NCBI GenBank assembly: GCA_963668695.2 | Contig: CAXXLQ010000004.1 | Span: 1,440,001 to 1,504,000, forward strand | Length of the DNA stretch: 64,000 nucleotides | Direction of reading: 5' to 3' | From: Vicinamibacteria bacterium | Lineage (GTDB): Bacteria; Acidobacteriota; Vicinamibacteria; Marinacidobacterales; Marinacidobacteraceae | In this document: positions 39,068-47,767 of the stretch, one piece after another | How positions within the stretch are numbered: the first letter of the stretch is position 1 | Layout of the letters: each line of letters opens with the position of its first letter | The notes under the pieces: generated by a model | Databases searched by the model: none | What the model saw: the letters and a program-made list of their open reading frames with translations, nothing else | What the model was told of the DNA's origin: nothing | Translations under genes and position numbers: made by a program

Positions 39068-40093
39068 ATGGGTGCGCCGAAGGCTCCGCCCGGCTACCCG
39101 GACGAAGAGTTCCACCAGAGCCTGCGGCCCCGGGACTTTGGGGAGTACGTGGGCCAGGGCGCGGTGCTCGAACAACTCGAGATCAGCGTCAGCGCCGCCC
39201 GGGCCCGGGGCGAGCCCCTCGATCACGTGCTCCTGCACGGGCCTCCGGGACTTGGCAAGACGTCGCTGGCCGCGGTGCTCGCCCGGGAACTCGATGTTCC
39301 CATGCACACTTCATCAGGACCGCTCGTACCCCGTACCGGCGACATGGTCGCGCTGCTCAGCTCGCTGGCGCGCAACGAGATCCTGTTCATTGACGAGATC
39401 CATCGTCTCGCTCCCGCCGTCGCCGAAGTCCTCTACCCGGCGATGGAGGACCACTACGTGGACATCATGGTCGGCGAGAAGATGGGAGCTCACAGCCTCC
39501 GAATCGATTTGCGGCCCTTCACGCTGATTGGGGCTACTACCCGCGCCGACCTGTTGACCGGCCCCCTCCGGGATCGATTTCCGCTCGTCCACCAGCTCGA
39601 GTTTTATTCCATCGCGGAGGTGGAGAGGGTTCTGGCGCGCGCCGCGCTGGTTCTGGGGGTACACCTGGAGCCGGACGCCGGACGGGACATCGCATCCCGG
39701 GCGCGTGGAACGCCCCGGGTCGCCAACAACCTGCTGCGCCGCGTGCGGGATTACGTCGAGGTGCGCAGCGATGGAACGATTCGCCGGGATACGGCGCTCG
39801 CGCTACTCGAGATTGCCCAGGTGGACGAGGAGGGGCTGGACCGCTTCGACCGCAAGATTTTGGCGAGCCTGCTCGACAACTTTTCCGGCGGGCCGGTGGG
39901 AGTGGCCAACCTCGCCGCCACGCTCGGCATGGACAACCGAACCCTGGAAGAGGTGCATGAGCCGTATCTCATCTACCGCGGCTTCCTGAGGCGGACAGGA
40001 AAAGGACGCATGATCACCGATCGGGGCGCGCGGCATCTGAGACGCGCGGCATCGGGAACGCTCTTTCCCGGTTCGCCGGCCGTCAAACAATGA
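39068..40093 (+). CDS. ruvB: Holliday junction branch-migration ATPase
   Basis: LRPRDF, GPPGLGKT, FIDEIHRL, GATTR, RGTPR, EPYL. Confidence 0.97.
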   Translation: MGAPKAPPGYPDEEFHQSLRPRDFGEYVGQGAVLEQLEISVSAARARGEPLDHVLLHGPPGLGKTSLAAVLARELDVPMHTSSGPLVPRTGDMVALLSSLARNEILFIDEIHRLAPAVAEVLYPAMEDHYVDIMVGEKMGAHSLRIDLRPFTLIGATTRADLLTGPLRDRFPLVHQLEFYSIAEVERVLARAALVLGVHLEPDAGRDIASRARGTPRVANNLLRRVRDYVEVRSDGTIRRDTALALLEIAQVDEEGLDRFDRKILASLLDNFSGGPVGVANLAATLGMDNRTLEEVHEPYLIYRGFLRRTGKGRMITDRGARHLRRAASGTLFPGSPAVKQ

Positions 40094-40138
40094 GGGACCC
40101 CGGCGGCGGGTGACACCCCGGGTCTCCCGGACCTGATT

Positions 40139-40613
40139 TAGCAGCCTGTGGTGAAACCTGCGCGGCCCAGTTCTCCCGGTGGGGGCTCGGCCGGCGATCC
40201 ATCCCAGCCAAACAGCCTGTGATGAAACCCACGCGGCCCAGTTCTCCCGGTGGGGGCTCGGCCGGCGATCCATCCCGGCTGATCGCGTCGCGTCGCGTCG
40301 CTCATCGTTGCGTTTCGGTCGAAATACACCAGGTATTCCTCCCTCACGCGCCTTGTCAGCCGGGCCCCCACCGGGAGGACTGGCCCCACCGGGAGAACTG
40401 GGCCTTACCGGCCTCGGCGCTCACGCGGGTTCCACCACCGGCTGTTCACCGCGTCGCTGCGCGGCGCTCATCGTTGCGTTTCGGTCGAAATACACCAGGT
40501 ATTCCTCCCTCACGCGCCTTGTCAGCCGGGCCCCCACCGGGAGAACTGGCCCCACCGGGAGAACTGGGCCTCACCGGCCTCGGCGCTCACCCGGGTTCCA
40601 CTACCGGCTGCTA
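40139..40613. mobile_element. MITE-like family 1, copy 12 (terminal and core segments duplicated, six modules)
   Basis: TA-flanked TIRs; ends immediately before the queA GTG. Confidence 0.85.
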
Positions 40614-41681
40614 GTGCGGACATCCGACTTCGCGTTCGACCTGCCCGCGGAACTCGTCGCCCAGGAACCGCCCACCGCGCGAAGCGACGCCCGCCTGCTG
40701 CACCTCGGCGCAGGTGGCCGGGCGGCGCACCGGAGATTTCCGGACCTTCCGGCGCTGCTACGGCCGGGGGACCTCCTGGTCCGGAACGTCACGCGGGTGA
40801 TTCCCGCGCGCGTTCCGGCCCACAAAGAGGTTGGCGGCGGGGGCGTCGAAGTGCTGATCCTTCCGGAGGAGGCAGCTCCGCGCGACCTTTTTCGCGCCCT
40901 GACCCGGCCGGCGCTCCGCCCGGGCGTGCGGCTCGTTGCTGGCGAAGGGGAAACCGTGCGTCTCGAGGTCGGTGAGGACCTTGGGGGCGGGCAGCGCCGG
41001 ATCCGGATTCTTTCGGGGGCGAAAGACCTGTTCGAGCTCGCCGGCAAGGTGGGCCGTACTCCGCTGCCGCCCTACATCCGCCGGGATCCACCGGGTTCGG
41101 AAGCACCGGGCGGCACCGACCGGGAGCGGTATCAGACGGTGTACGCTCGTTCCCCCGGTTCGGTCGCCGCTCCGACCGCCGGACTTCATTTCGATCTGCC
41201 CATGTTCGGGCGGCTGCAGGAGCGCGGGATAGCGGTGGCGGACCTCGTGCTGCATGTGGGGTACGGCACGTTCGCACCGGTGCGCGTGGAGGATCCTCGG
41301 GAACACGTATTGGCGGCCGAACGATTCTCGGTTCCGCCGGAGACCAGCCACGCCGTCCTTTCCCAACTGGCTGAGGGGCGGCGCGTCGTCGCAGTGGGGA
41401 CCACGACGGTGCGGGTGCTGGAGACGCCCGGGGTGCTCGAGCGCGGCGCGGGCGCCGGCGAGACCTCCCTGCTCATCCTTCCGGGTCACCGCTTCCGCGT
41501 GGTGTCCGCGATGCTGACCAACTTCCATCTGCCCGAGAGTTCGCTTCTCATGCTGGTCGCCGCGTTCGGCGGGACCGAAGCGGTGCTCGACGCCTATCGC
41601 GAGGCGGTCCGGGAGCGGTACCGCTTTTACTCCTACGGCGATGCCATGTTCGTGGAGAAGGGCGCGGCCGGGCCCCCGTAG
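40614..41681 (+). CDS. queA: S-adenosylmethionine:tRNA ribosyltransferase-isomerase
   Basis: DFAFDLP, PLPPYI, RYQTVYA, SVAAPTAGLHF, TNFHLP, FYSYGDAM. Confidence 0.97.
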   Translation: MRTSDFAFDLPAELVAQEPPTARSDARLLHLGAGGRAAHRRFPDLPALLRPGDLLVRNVTRVIPARVPAHKEVGGGGVEVLILPEEAAPRDLFRALTRPALRPGVRLVAGEGETVRLEVGEDLGGGQRRIRILSGAKDLFELAGKVGRTPLPPYIRRDPPGSEAPGGTDRERYQTVYARSPGSVAAPTAGLHFDLPMFGRLQERGIAVADLVLHVGYGTFAPVRVEDPREHVLAAERFSVPPETSHAVLSQLAEGRRVVAVGTTTVRVLETPGVLERGAGAGETSLLILPGHRFRVVSAMLTNFHLPESSLLMLVAAFGGTEAVLDAYREAVRERYRFYSYGDAMFVEKGAAGPP

Positions 41682-41762
41682 AATTTGGCCGAGCATCATT
41701 GCCCGGGGAACGTCGCCAGGTCTCGGAGCGCCCCTGGGCCCAGCCGGGACGAGGGCCTTCCA

Positions 41763-42164
41763 ATGAAACGTTTACGAGTCGGCAGTGGGGTCTCGTGGGA
41801 GACCGAATTCGGCTACTCCCGGGCGACCAGGGTGGGCGACCGCATCCTCGTTTCGGGAACGACCGCGACCGGACCCGATGGGCCGGTGGCAATCGGCGAC
41901 CCGGAGGCCCAGACGCGATTCGCGCTGGAGAAGGTCCGCACCGCGGTCGAGGCGCTCGGCGGCAGTCTCGATGAGGTGGTGCGAACCCGGATCCATGTGA
42001 AACCGGGGGTCGATTGGGAAGCCGTGGCCAAAGTCCACGGGGAGTTCTTCGCGGCCGTCCGTCCGGCTTGCACGCTCACCTACGCGGATCTGGTCGGGGA
42101 GGAATACCTTGTCGAAATCGAGGTGGAAGCGGTGGTCGGCTGCGCCGCTCCGGAGGACGTATGA
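41763..42164 (+). CDS. RidA/YjgF family protein
   Basis: WETEFGYSRA, VSGTTA, VVRTR, RPACT, LVEIE. Confidence 0.9.
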   Translation: MKRLRVGSGVSWETEFGYSRATRVGDRILVSGTTATGPDGPVAIGDPEAQTRFALEKVRTAVEALGGSLDEVVRTRIHVKPGVDWEAVAKVHGEFFAAVRPACTLTYADLVGEEYLVEIEVEAVVGCAAPEDV

Positions 42165-45100
42165 CGCTCGCGTGTCCGGAAGCGTCGCCGGGGCGGCCGG
42201 CGGCGCGATGCCGCCCGGTTCACCTCGCGCCGGGCATCCTGGTTTTGTTGGCGATGGCGGCGGCCTCCGCCGCGGCGCAGGGGCCGGTGCGCAGAGCGGA
42301 GGTTCCCGAGGGATTTGGGGTGCCCGCCCAGGTTCTCGAGGACATTGATTTCCGGATGGTGGGGCCCGCGCGCGGCGGGCGAGTGACGACGGTCACCGGG
42401 ATCCCGGACGAGCCCCACGTGTTCTACCTGGGCTCGACCGGTGGCGGGGTGTGGAAGACGGTGAACGCCGGAGTCTCGTGGACGAACCTTTCCGATGACG
42501 ACTTCGCGGTCGGCTCCATCGGCGCGGTGGCTGTTGCGCCTTCCGATTCCAACGTCATCTACGTCGGGACCGGCTCCGCCTGCCCGCGGGGCAACATCTC
42601 GGTCGGCAACGGCGTCTACCGCAGCACCGACGGCGGAAGGTCCTGGGCCCATGCGGGGCTTGAGGCCGCCGGACTCATCGGCCGGATCGTGGTGGACCCG
42701 GACGATCCGGATCGGGCCTTCGTGGCTGTTCTCGGTCAGATTTTCGGCCGTTCACCGGAGCGGGGGGTCTATCGCACCGAGGATGGAGGGAGCACCTGGT
42801 CCGCGGTGCTCCAGATTTCCGATGCGACGGGAGCGGTGGAGCTTGCGATGAACCCGGCGAATCCGCGGGAGTTGTTCGCCGCCATGTGGCAAGCCGAGCG
42901 GAAACCGTGGACCCTCATTGACGGCGGCGCGGAGGGCGGCCTCTACCGAACCCGGGACGGCGGAGATTCGTGGGAACTGGTTGGAGGCGGGCTTCCGGAG
43001 GCTTCCGAGGACACCCCGGTGGGCCGCATCGGAGTGTCCATCGCCGCTTCGGACCCCCGTCGCGTGTACGCGCTCGTCACCGCCGCGGAGGAGCGGGGCG
43101 GTCTCTACCGGAGCGACGACGGCGGGGACACCTGGACGCGGGTGAACGGGGACCGCCGCTTCCGGGCGCGCGGCTGGTACTACAGCCACGTGGTCGCCGA
43201 CCCCACGGATCCGGACACGGTGTACGTCCTCAACGCTCCGTTCCTGAAGTCGGTGGACGCGGGCAAGTCTTTCGAGTCCGTCCGCGTTCCGCACGGGGAC
43301 AACCACGACCTGTGGATCAATCCGAACGACTCCCGGATCATGGTGGAGGCGAACGACGGGGGCGCGGTGGTCACGCTCGACGGGGGTGAGAACTGGTCCT
43401 CCATCCGCAACCAGCCCACCGCCGAGTTCTATCGCCTCACCGTGGATGAGGAGTTCCCCCGGCGGCTCTACGGAGCTCAGCAGGACAACTCGACCATCAG
43501 CGTGCCCGCGTGGAGCGACAGCGGTCTCTCACCCGAGGCCCACTGGCTGGACGTGGCCGGAGGCGAGAGCGGGCACATCGCCGTGACCCCGGGCAGACCC
43601 GAGCTGACCTACGCCGGGAACTACATCGGGCAGATCGACCGGCAGGACCGTGAGGAGGCCGGGGCCCGGAACGTGATCGTTTATCCCGAGATGGCCGACG
43701 GGGTGGCCCCGCGGGACCTGAACTACCGTTTCCAGTGGAACGCTCCCATTCTGGTGTCCCGGCACGACCCCGAGGTCGTGTTCCACACCTCCAACTACGT
43801 CCATCGAACCAGTGATGGCGGCCTGTCGTGGGTGACCGTTTCGCCCGACCTGACCGTGGGCGATCCCGAAAAGGGGGCGCTGCCGGGGGGGCCGGTGCAG
43901 CATGACCACACCGGCGTCGAGGTGTACGGGACGGTCTTCGCGCTAGCCGAATCTCCCCGAGTGGCCGGAGTGCTGTGGGCCGGAACCGACGACGGCCGGG
44001 TCCACCTCTCCGGGAACGGAGGCGACGCCTGGACCGAAGTGACTCCGCCCGAGATGCCCGAGGGCGGCACGGTGAACAGTGTGGACGCCTCTATGCACCA
44101 CGACGGCGGCGCGCTGCTCGCCGTCCAGCGATACCGGGAGAACGACTTCGAGCCGTACGTCTTCCGCACCACGGATCTGGGGGCGACGTGGACGCGCCTT
44201 GGAGGCGACGGTGGGATACCGGCTGGTCACTCGGTGCGCGTCGTCCGGGAGGATCCCCAGAGCGAGAGCATCCTCTATCTGGGCACCGAATTCGGGCTCT
44301 TCCTGAGTCTGGACGGGGGCGCCCGCTTCGTCCCTTTCGGGGACCTGCCGGCGACCCCCATCACGGACCTGCAAGTGGCCGGTGACGAGTTGCTGGTCGC
44401 CACGCAGGGCCGCTCCTTCTGGGTGCTCGACGACCTCACGCCGGTGCGGGCGCTGGCGGGCCGCTCCTGGGACGCCTCCGCGCTACTACCGGCAGGAACG
44501 GCGGTACGACTGGCTACCGGCGGGGGTCGGCCCTTTCGCGGTCCGGGGGCTCCGGAGAACCGTCCGTCGGGGGCGCTCCTTCACTATTTCCTGCCCGACG
44601 ATCTTGAAGACGGCGACGAGCTCCGCGTCACGGTTCGGGACGCGGGCGGCCACGTGGTCCGGGAGTTGGTGCGGAAGCCGGCGCCGGGCGCGGAGCGCGA
44701 CAGGTCCCCGGATGAGCGTCCGACTCCCGACGCCGTACTGGAAGGCGAATCCGGGCTTCACCGGATCGCCTGGGATCTGAAGTACCGGCGTCCCGAGCTG
44801 CTGAAGGGCGCGGTCATGTCCATTTCCTATACGGGTGGCGCGTTCGTCCAGCCGGGGACCTACACCGCCTCGCTGTCCTTCCAGAAGGACGGCGGCGACG
44901 TTGCCGGCGGCGAAGTGGCCGGCGGCGATCCCGTCCGGTTCGAGGTGCTGAAGGACCCCCGCGTGACCGCCACGGACGACGATCTTCGCCAACAGCACGA
45001 TCTCGTGCGTCAGGCGCAAGCGCTTCTCGAACGGGTGCACGAGCGCATCGGCGCGCTCCGGGATGCCCGCGACCAGTTGGAAGCGGTCGAAAAACGGGCG

Positions 45101-45451
45101 CGGCAGCCGGACCTCTGGACCGATGCTCTGGAGGAGCAGGCCGAGGCCCTGAGCAAAGGTCTGACCGAGGTCGAGGAGGAACTGATCCAGCCGAAGAACG
45201 AGTCCGGTCAGGACCCCATCAACTTCCCCCCGAAGCTGGACAACCAGATCGCCTATCTCTACGGGCACGTCGCGCGGAACTACGGCCGCCCCACCGGAGG
45301 CTCATTCGAGCGCTTCCGGGACCTGGAAGAGGAAGCGGCACCGCATCTCGAACGGCTCGCGTCCCTCCTCGGCGCGGGGGTGGCCGACCTGAACCGGGCG
45401 CTTGAAGAAGCGGGAGTGACGGGGGCGATTCTCGCCGCGCCACCCCGTTGA
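42161..45451 (+). CDS. Secreted VPS10/BNR-repeat double beta-propeller (GH74/sortilin-like) protein
   Basis: Signal-like N-terminus; many S/T-x-D-G-G-x-T/S-W Asp-boxes; GPARGGR; coiled-coil C-terminus. Confidence 0.85.
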   Translation: MTLACPEASPGRPAARCRPVHLAPGILVLLAMAAASAAAQGPVRRAEVPEGFGVPAQVLEDIDFRMVGPARGGRVTTVTGIPDEPHVFYLGSTGGGVWKTVNAGVSWTNLSDDDFAVGSIGAVAVAPSDSNVIYVGTGSACPRGNISVGNGVYRSTDGGRSWAHAGLEAAGLIGRIVVDPDDPDRAFVAVLGQIFGRSPERGVYRTEDGGSTWSAVLQISDATGAVELAMNPANPRELFAAMWQAERKPWTLIDGGAEGGLYRTRDGGDSWELVGGGLPEASEDTPVGRIGVSIAASDPRRVYALVTAAEERGGLYRSDDGGDTWTRVNGDRRFRARGWYYSHVVADPTDPDTVYVLNAPFLKSVDAGKSFESVRVPHGDNHDLWINPNDSRIMVEANDGGAVVTLDGGENWSSIRNQPTAEFYRLTVDEEFPRRLYGAQQDNSTISVPAWSDSGLSPEAHWLDVAGGESGHIAVTPGRPELTYAGNYIGQIDRQDREEAGARNVIVYPEMADGVAPRDLNYRFQWNAPILVSRHDPEVVFHTSNYVHRTSDGGLSWVTVSPDLTVGDPEKGALPGGPVQHDHTGVEVYGTVFALAESPRVAGVLWAGTDDGRVHLSGNGGDAWTEVTPPEMPEGGTVNSVDASMHHDGGALLAVQRYRENDFEPYVFRTTDLGATWTRLGGDGGIPAGHSVRVVREDPQSESILYLGTEFGLFLSLDGGARFVPFGDLPATPITDLQVAGDELLVATQGRSFWVLDDLTPVRALAGRSWDASALLPAGTAVRLATGGGRPFRGPGAPENRPSGALLHYFLPDDLEDGDELRVTVRDAGGHVVRELVRKPAPGAERDRSPDERPTPDAVLEGESGLHRIAWDLKYRRPELLKGAVMSISYTGGAFVQPGTYTASLSFQKDGGDVAGGEVAGGDPVRFEVLKDPRVTATDDDLRQQHDLVRQAQALLERVHERIGALRDARDQLEAVEKRARQPDLWTDALEEQAEALSKGLTEVEEELIQPKNESGQDPINFPPKLDNQIAYLYGHVARNYGRPTGGSFERFRDLEEEAAPHLERLASLLGAGVADLNRALEEAGVTGAILAAPPR

Positions 45452-45466
45452 CCTGGGCGAACGCGG

Positions 45467-45678
45467 GGCAAGGGACCGCCGACCTCCAGGTCGGCACCGC
45501 GGCCCGCGGGGCCGCGAGACGGCGCAGTGCCGTAATCCTGGATGGTTCCCGTGTCGGCGTGCTCTCAGTGGGCGGGGTGGCGCGCAGGCCAGGGACCGCC
45601 GGTCTCCGACCGGCATCGCGCGGGAGCGCGAAACCAGCGCCGATGACACTGCGCCATACCAACGTGAGTGCCGCACCC
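45467..45678. repeat. Composite REP-like repeat family 2
   Basis: Collinear with 21348-21558; a further inverted unit at 45897-45922. Confidence 0.65.
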
Positions 45679-45683
45679 TCTCC

Positions 45684-45757
45684 AATGACCATGGTTGTGG
45701 GCGCAATGACCATGGCTTCCCAATTGACCATGGCTCCGAGCCGAAATGACCATGGCT
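45684..45757. repeat. Four direct repeats of TGACCATGG
   Basis: Starts at 45686, 45707, 45725 and 45747. Confidence 0.8.
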
Positions 45758-45933
45758 CGTGGCCGCAGGGACCGGATTTCCGCCCGCAGGCAACAGATCG
45801 GCCACCTTCGGACCAGAGGCGCAGATAGGTCACTCACGGCGCTCCACCCTTCCCCCACGGGCCATGACTTTCGCCGCCCTAGCCTAGCGGGCGGCGGTGC
45901 CGGTCTGAAGACCGGCGGTCCCTGTCCGGCGGG

Positions 45934-47094
45934 TCATTCGTCCGTCGGATCCGGCAGGTCCTCCAGCAAGCCCTCGCGGTAGGGGAAGAGGGCCGGGGTG
46001 CCGCCGGTGTGGAGGAAGACGACGGTGTCGTCAGCGCTGAAACGGCCGCTCTCAATGAGGTCCAGGAGTCCGGTCATCGCCTTCCCGGTATAGACCGGAT
46101 CGAGCAGGATGCCCTCGGTGCGGGCGGTCAGCGCGATGGCTTCCACGACTCCCGGGTTCAGGATTCCGTACCCCTCGCCGAAGTACTCGTCGTGGACCAC
46201 CACGTCCCCGGGCCCGATCTCCACGTCGAGTCCCATCGCCTGGACCGTCTCCCGGGCGATGGCAAGGACGTTCTCTTCTCCGACGGCCTTGCTGCGGCCG
46301 GTGCTGATCCCGATGATCCGGACCTCGGGGGCGAGCGCCTTGGCTCCGACCACGAGTCCGGCCTGGGTGCTGCCCGAGCCGGAGGCGTGAACGACATGGG
46401 TGATCGTCACGCCGGCTTCGCGAGCCTGTGCCAGCAACTCCCGGAAACCGTCGGCGTAGGCGATGGATCCCAGCGGAAGTCCCATGGAGCCCCCGGTATG
46501 GGAGCCGCCGACCGAGACCACGTAGGGATTCCGCCCGGACTCACGTTCCGCGGCGGCGATCTCCGCGACCATCGCTTCCTGGTCTTCGTCCGGTTCGATG
46601 ATGCGCACGTCCGCGCCCAGGATCCGGTCGAGCAGCAGATTCCCGTCCGCCGGTGCGATCGACTGATCCTCTCGCCGCTGCAGGACGAGGATGGGATCCA
46701 TTCCCAGCCGCCGGGAGCCGGCGGCGGTCATCCGCGCCCAGTTGGACTGCACTCCCGCCCAGGTGATGACGCTGTCGCTGCCCTTGGCGACCGCGTCGGC
46801 GAGGATGAAGTCGAGTTTTCGCGCTTTGTTGCCGCCGAAGGCGAGCCCCGTCTGGTCGTCCCGCTTGACGAAGAGGCGGGGCCCGCCGAGTTCGGCGGCG
46901 AGGGTCGGCATCTCCTCGAACGGAGTCGGCAGGTGGGCGAGCGGCTGCCGCTCGAACTGGCTCAGTGCCTCGTCGAAGACGGTCATGGGGTCGGTCGTGT
47001 CTCCTTCCAGGTCGCCGGCGCCGCCGCATGATGCGAGGACGACAGCTGAGAGTGCGGCAACGGCGGCAAGAACGGAAAAACGGAGTGCGTTCAT
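45934..47094 (-). CDS. D-cysteine desulfhydrase-family PLP enzyme with a lipoprotein signal peptide
   Basis: LPTP, KRDD, GGNKARKL, QSNWAR, DPVYTGK, HTGG; N-terminal VVLASC lipobox; GGAGG ribosome-binding site. Confidence 0.85.
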   Translation of the reverse strand: MNALRFSVLAAVAALSAVVLASCGGAGDLEGDTTDPMTVFDEALSQFERQPLAHLPTPFEEMPTLAAELGGPRLFVKRDDQTGLAFGGNKARKLDFILADAVAKGSDSVITWAGVQSNWARMTAAGSRRLGMDPILVLQRREDQSIAPADGNLLLDRILGADVRIIEPDEDQEAMVAEIAAAERESGRNPYVVSVGGSHTGGSMGLPLGSIAYADGFRELLAQAREAGVTITHVVHASGSGSTQAGLVVGAKALAPEVRIIGISTGRSKAVGEENVLAIARETVQAMGLDVEIGPGDVVVHDEYFGEGYGILNPGVVEAIALTARTEGILLDPVYTGKAMTGLLDLIESGRFSADDTVVFLHTGGTPALFPYREGLLEDLPDPTDE

Positions 47095-47246
47095 GGGCGA
47101 GCCTCCAGAACGGGCGAGTTTATGGCCGGGAGCCGGCGACGGCCGCGGGATTGTTGCTAGTAGCAATAACCGGGTCTGCCCCTGCGAACTGGGGGCGATC
47201 CGCCGGTTTTCGGACTGCTACTAGGTGCTCTGGCCGGGTCGGTGGG

Positions 47247-47264
47247 ACTGCTACTAGTAGCAGT
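47247..47264. promoter_or_regulatory. Perfect 18-bp palindrome ACTGCTACTAGTAGCAGT (operator-like)
   Basis: Half-sites recur at ~47157-47168 and ~47215-47224, in a divergent intergenic region. Confidence 0.45.
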
Positions 47265-47280
47265 AACCGGGTCTGCTGCT

Positions 47281-47684
47281 CCGGAACTGGGTGCGATAAC
47301 CGGCTCGGCTGGCCGGAACTGGGTGCGATAACCGGCTCGGCTGGCCGGAACTGGGTGCGATAACCGGCTCGGCTGGCCGGAACTGGGTGCGATAACCGGC
47401 TCGGCTGGCCGGAACTGGGTGCGATAACCGGCTCGGCTGGCCGGAACTGGGTGCGATAACCGGCTCGGCTGGCCGGAACTGGGTGCGATAACCGGCTCGG
47501 CTGGCCGGAACTGGGTGCGATAACCGGCTCGGCTGGCCGGAACTGGGTGCGATAACCGGCTCGGCTGGCCGGAACTGGGTGCGATAACCGGCTCGGCTGG
47601 CCGGAACTGGGTGCGATAACCGGTTCGGCTGGCCGGAACTGGGTGCGATAACCGGCTCGGCTGGCCGGAACTGGGTGCGCTAAC
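47281..47684. repeat. 12.6 x 32-bp tandem repeat ccggaactgggtgcgataaccggctcggctgg
   Basis: Near-perfect head-to-tail copies with no spacers. Confidence 0.95.
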
Positions 47685-47767
47685 GGAGTCTGCTGGAGTC
47701 GTCGTGTCGCTCGCGGCGGTCGGCGCTCGAGCCCTCACTAGAATCATGCCGTTTCAGGAACCTCTGT

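Noticed and set aside
45934-47094. ACC deaminase (acdS)
   Set aside because: Diagnostic residues are Thr/Thr (YTGK, HTGG) rather than Glu/Leu
47281-47684. CRISPR array (32-bp repeats)
   Set aside because: Units are head-to-tail with no spacers, and no cas genes are present in the window
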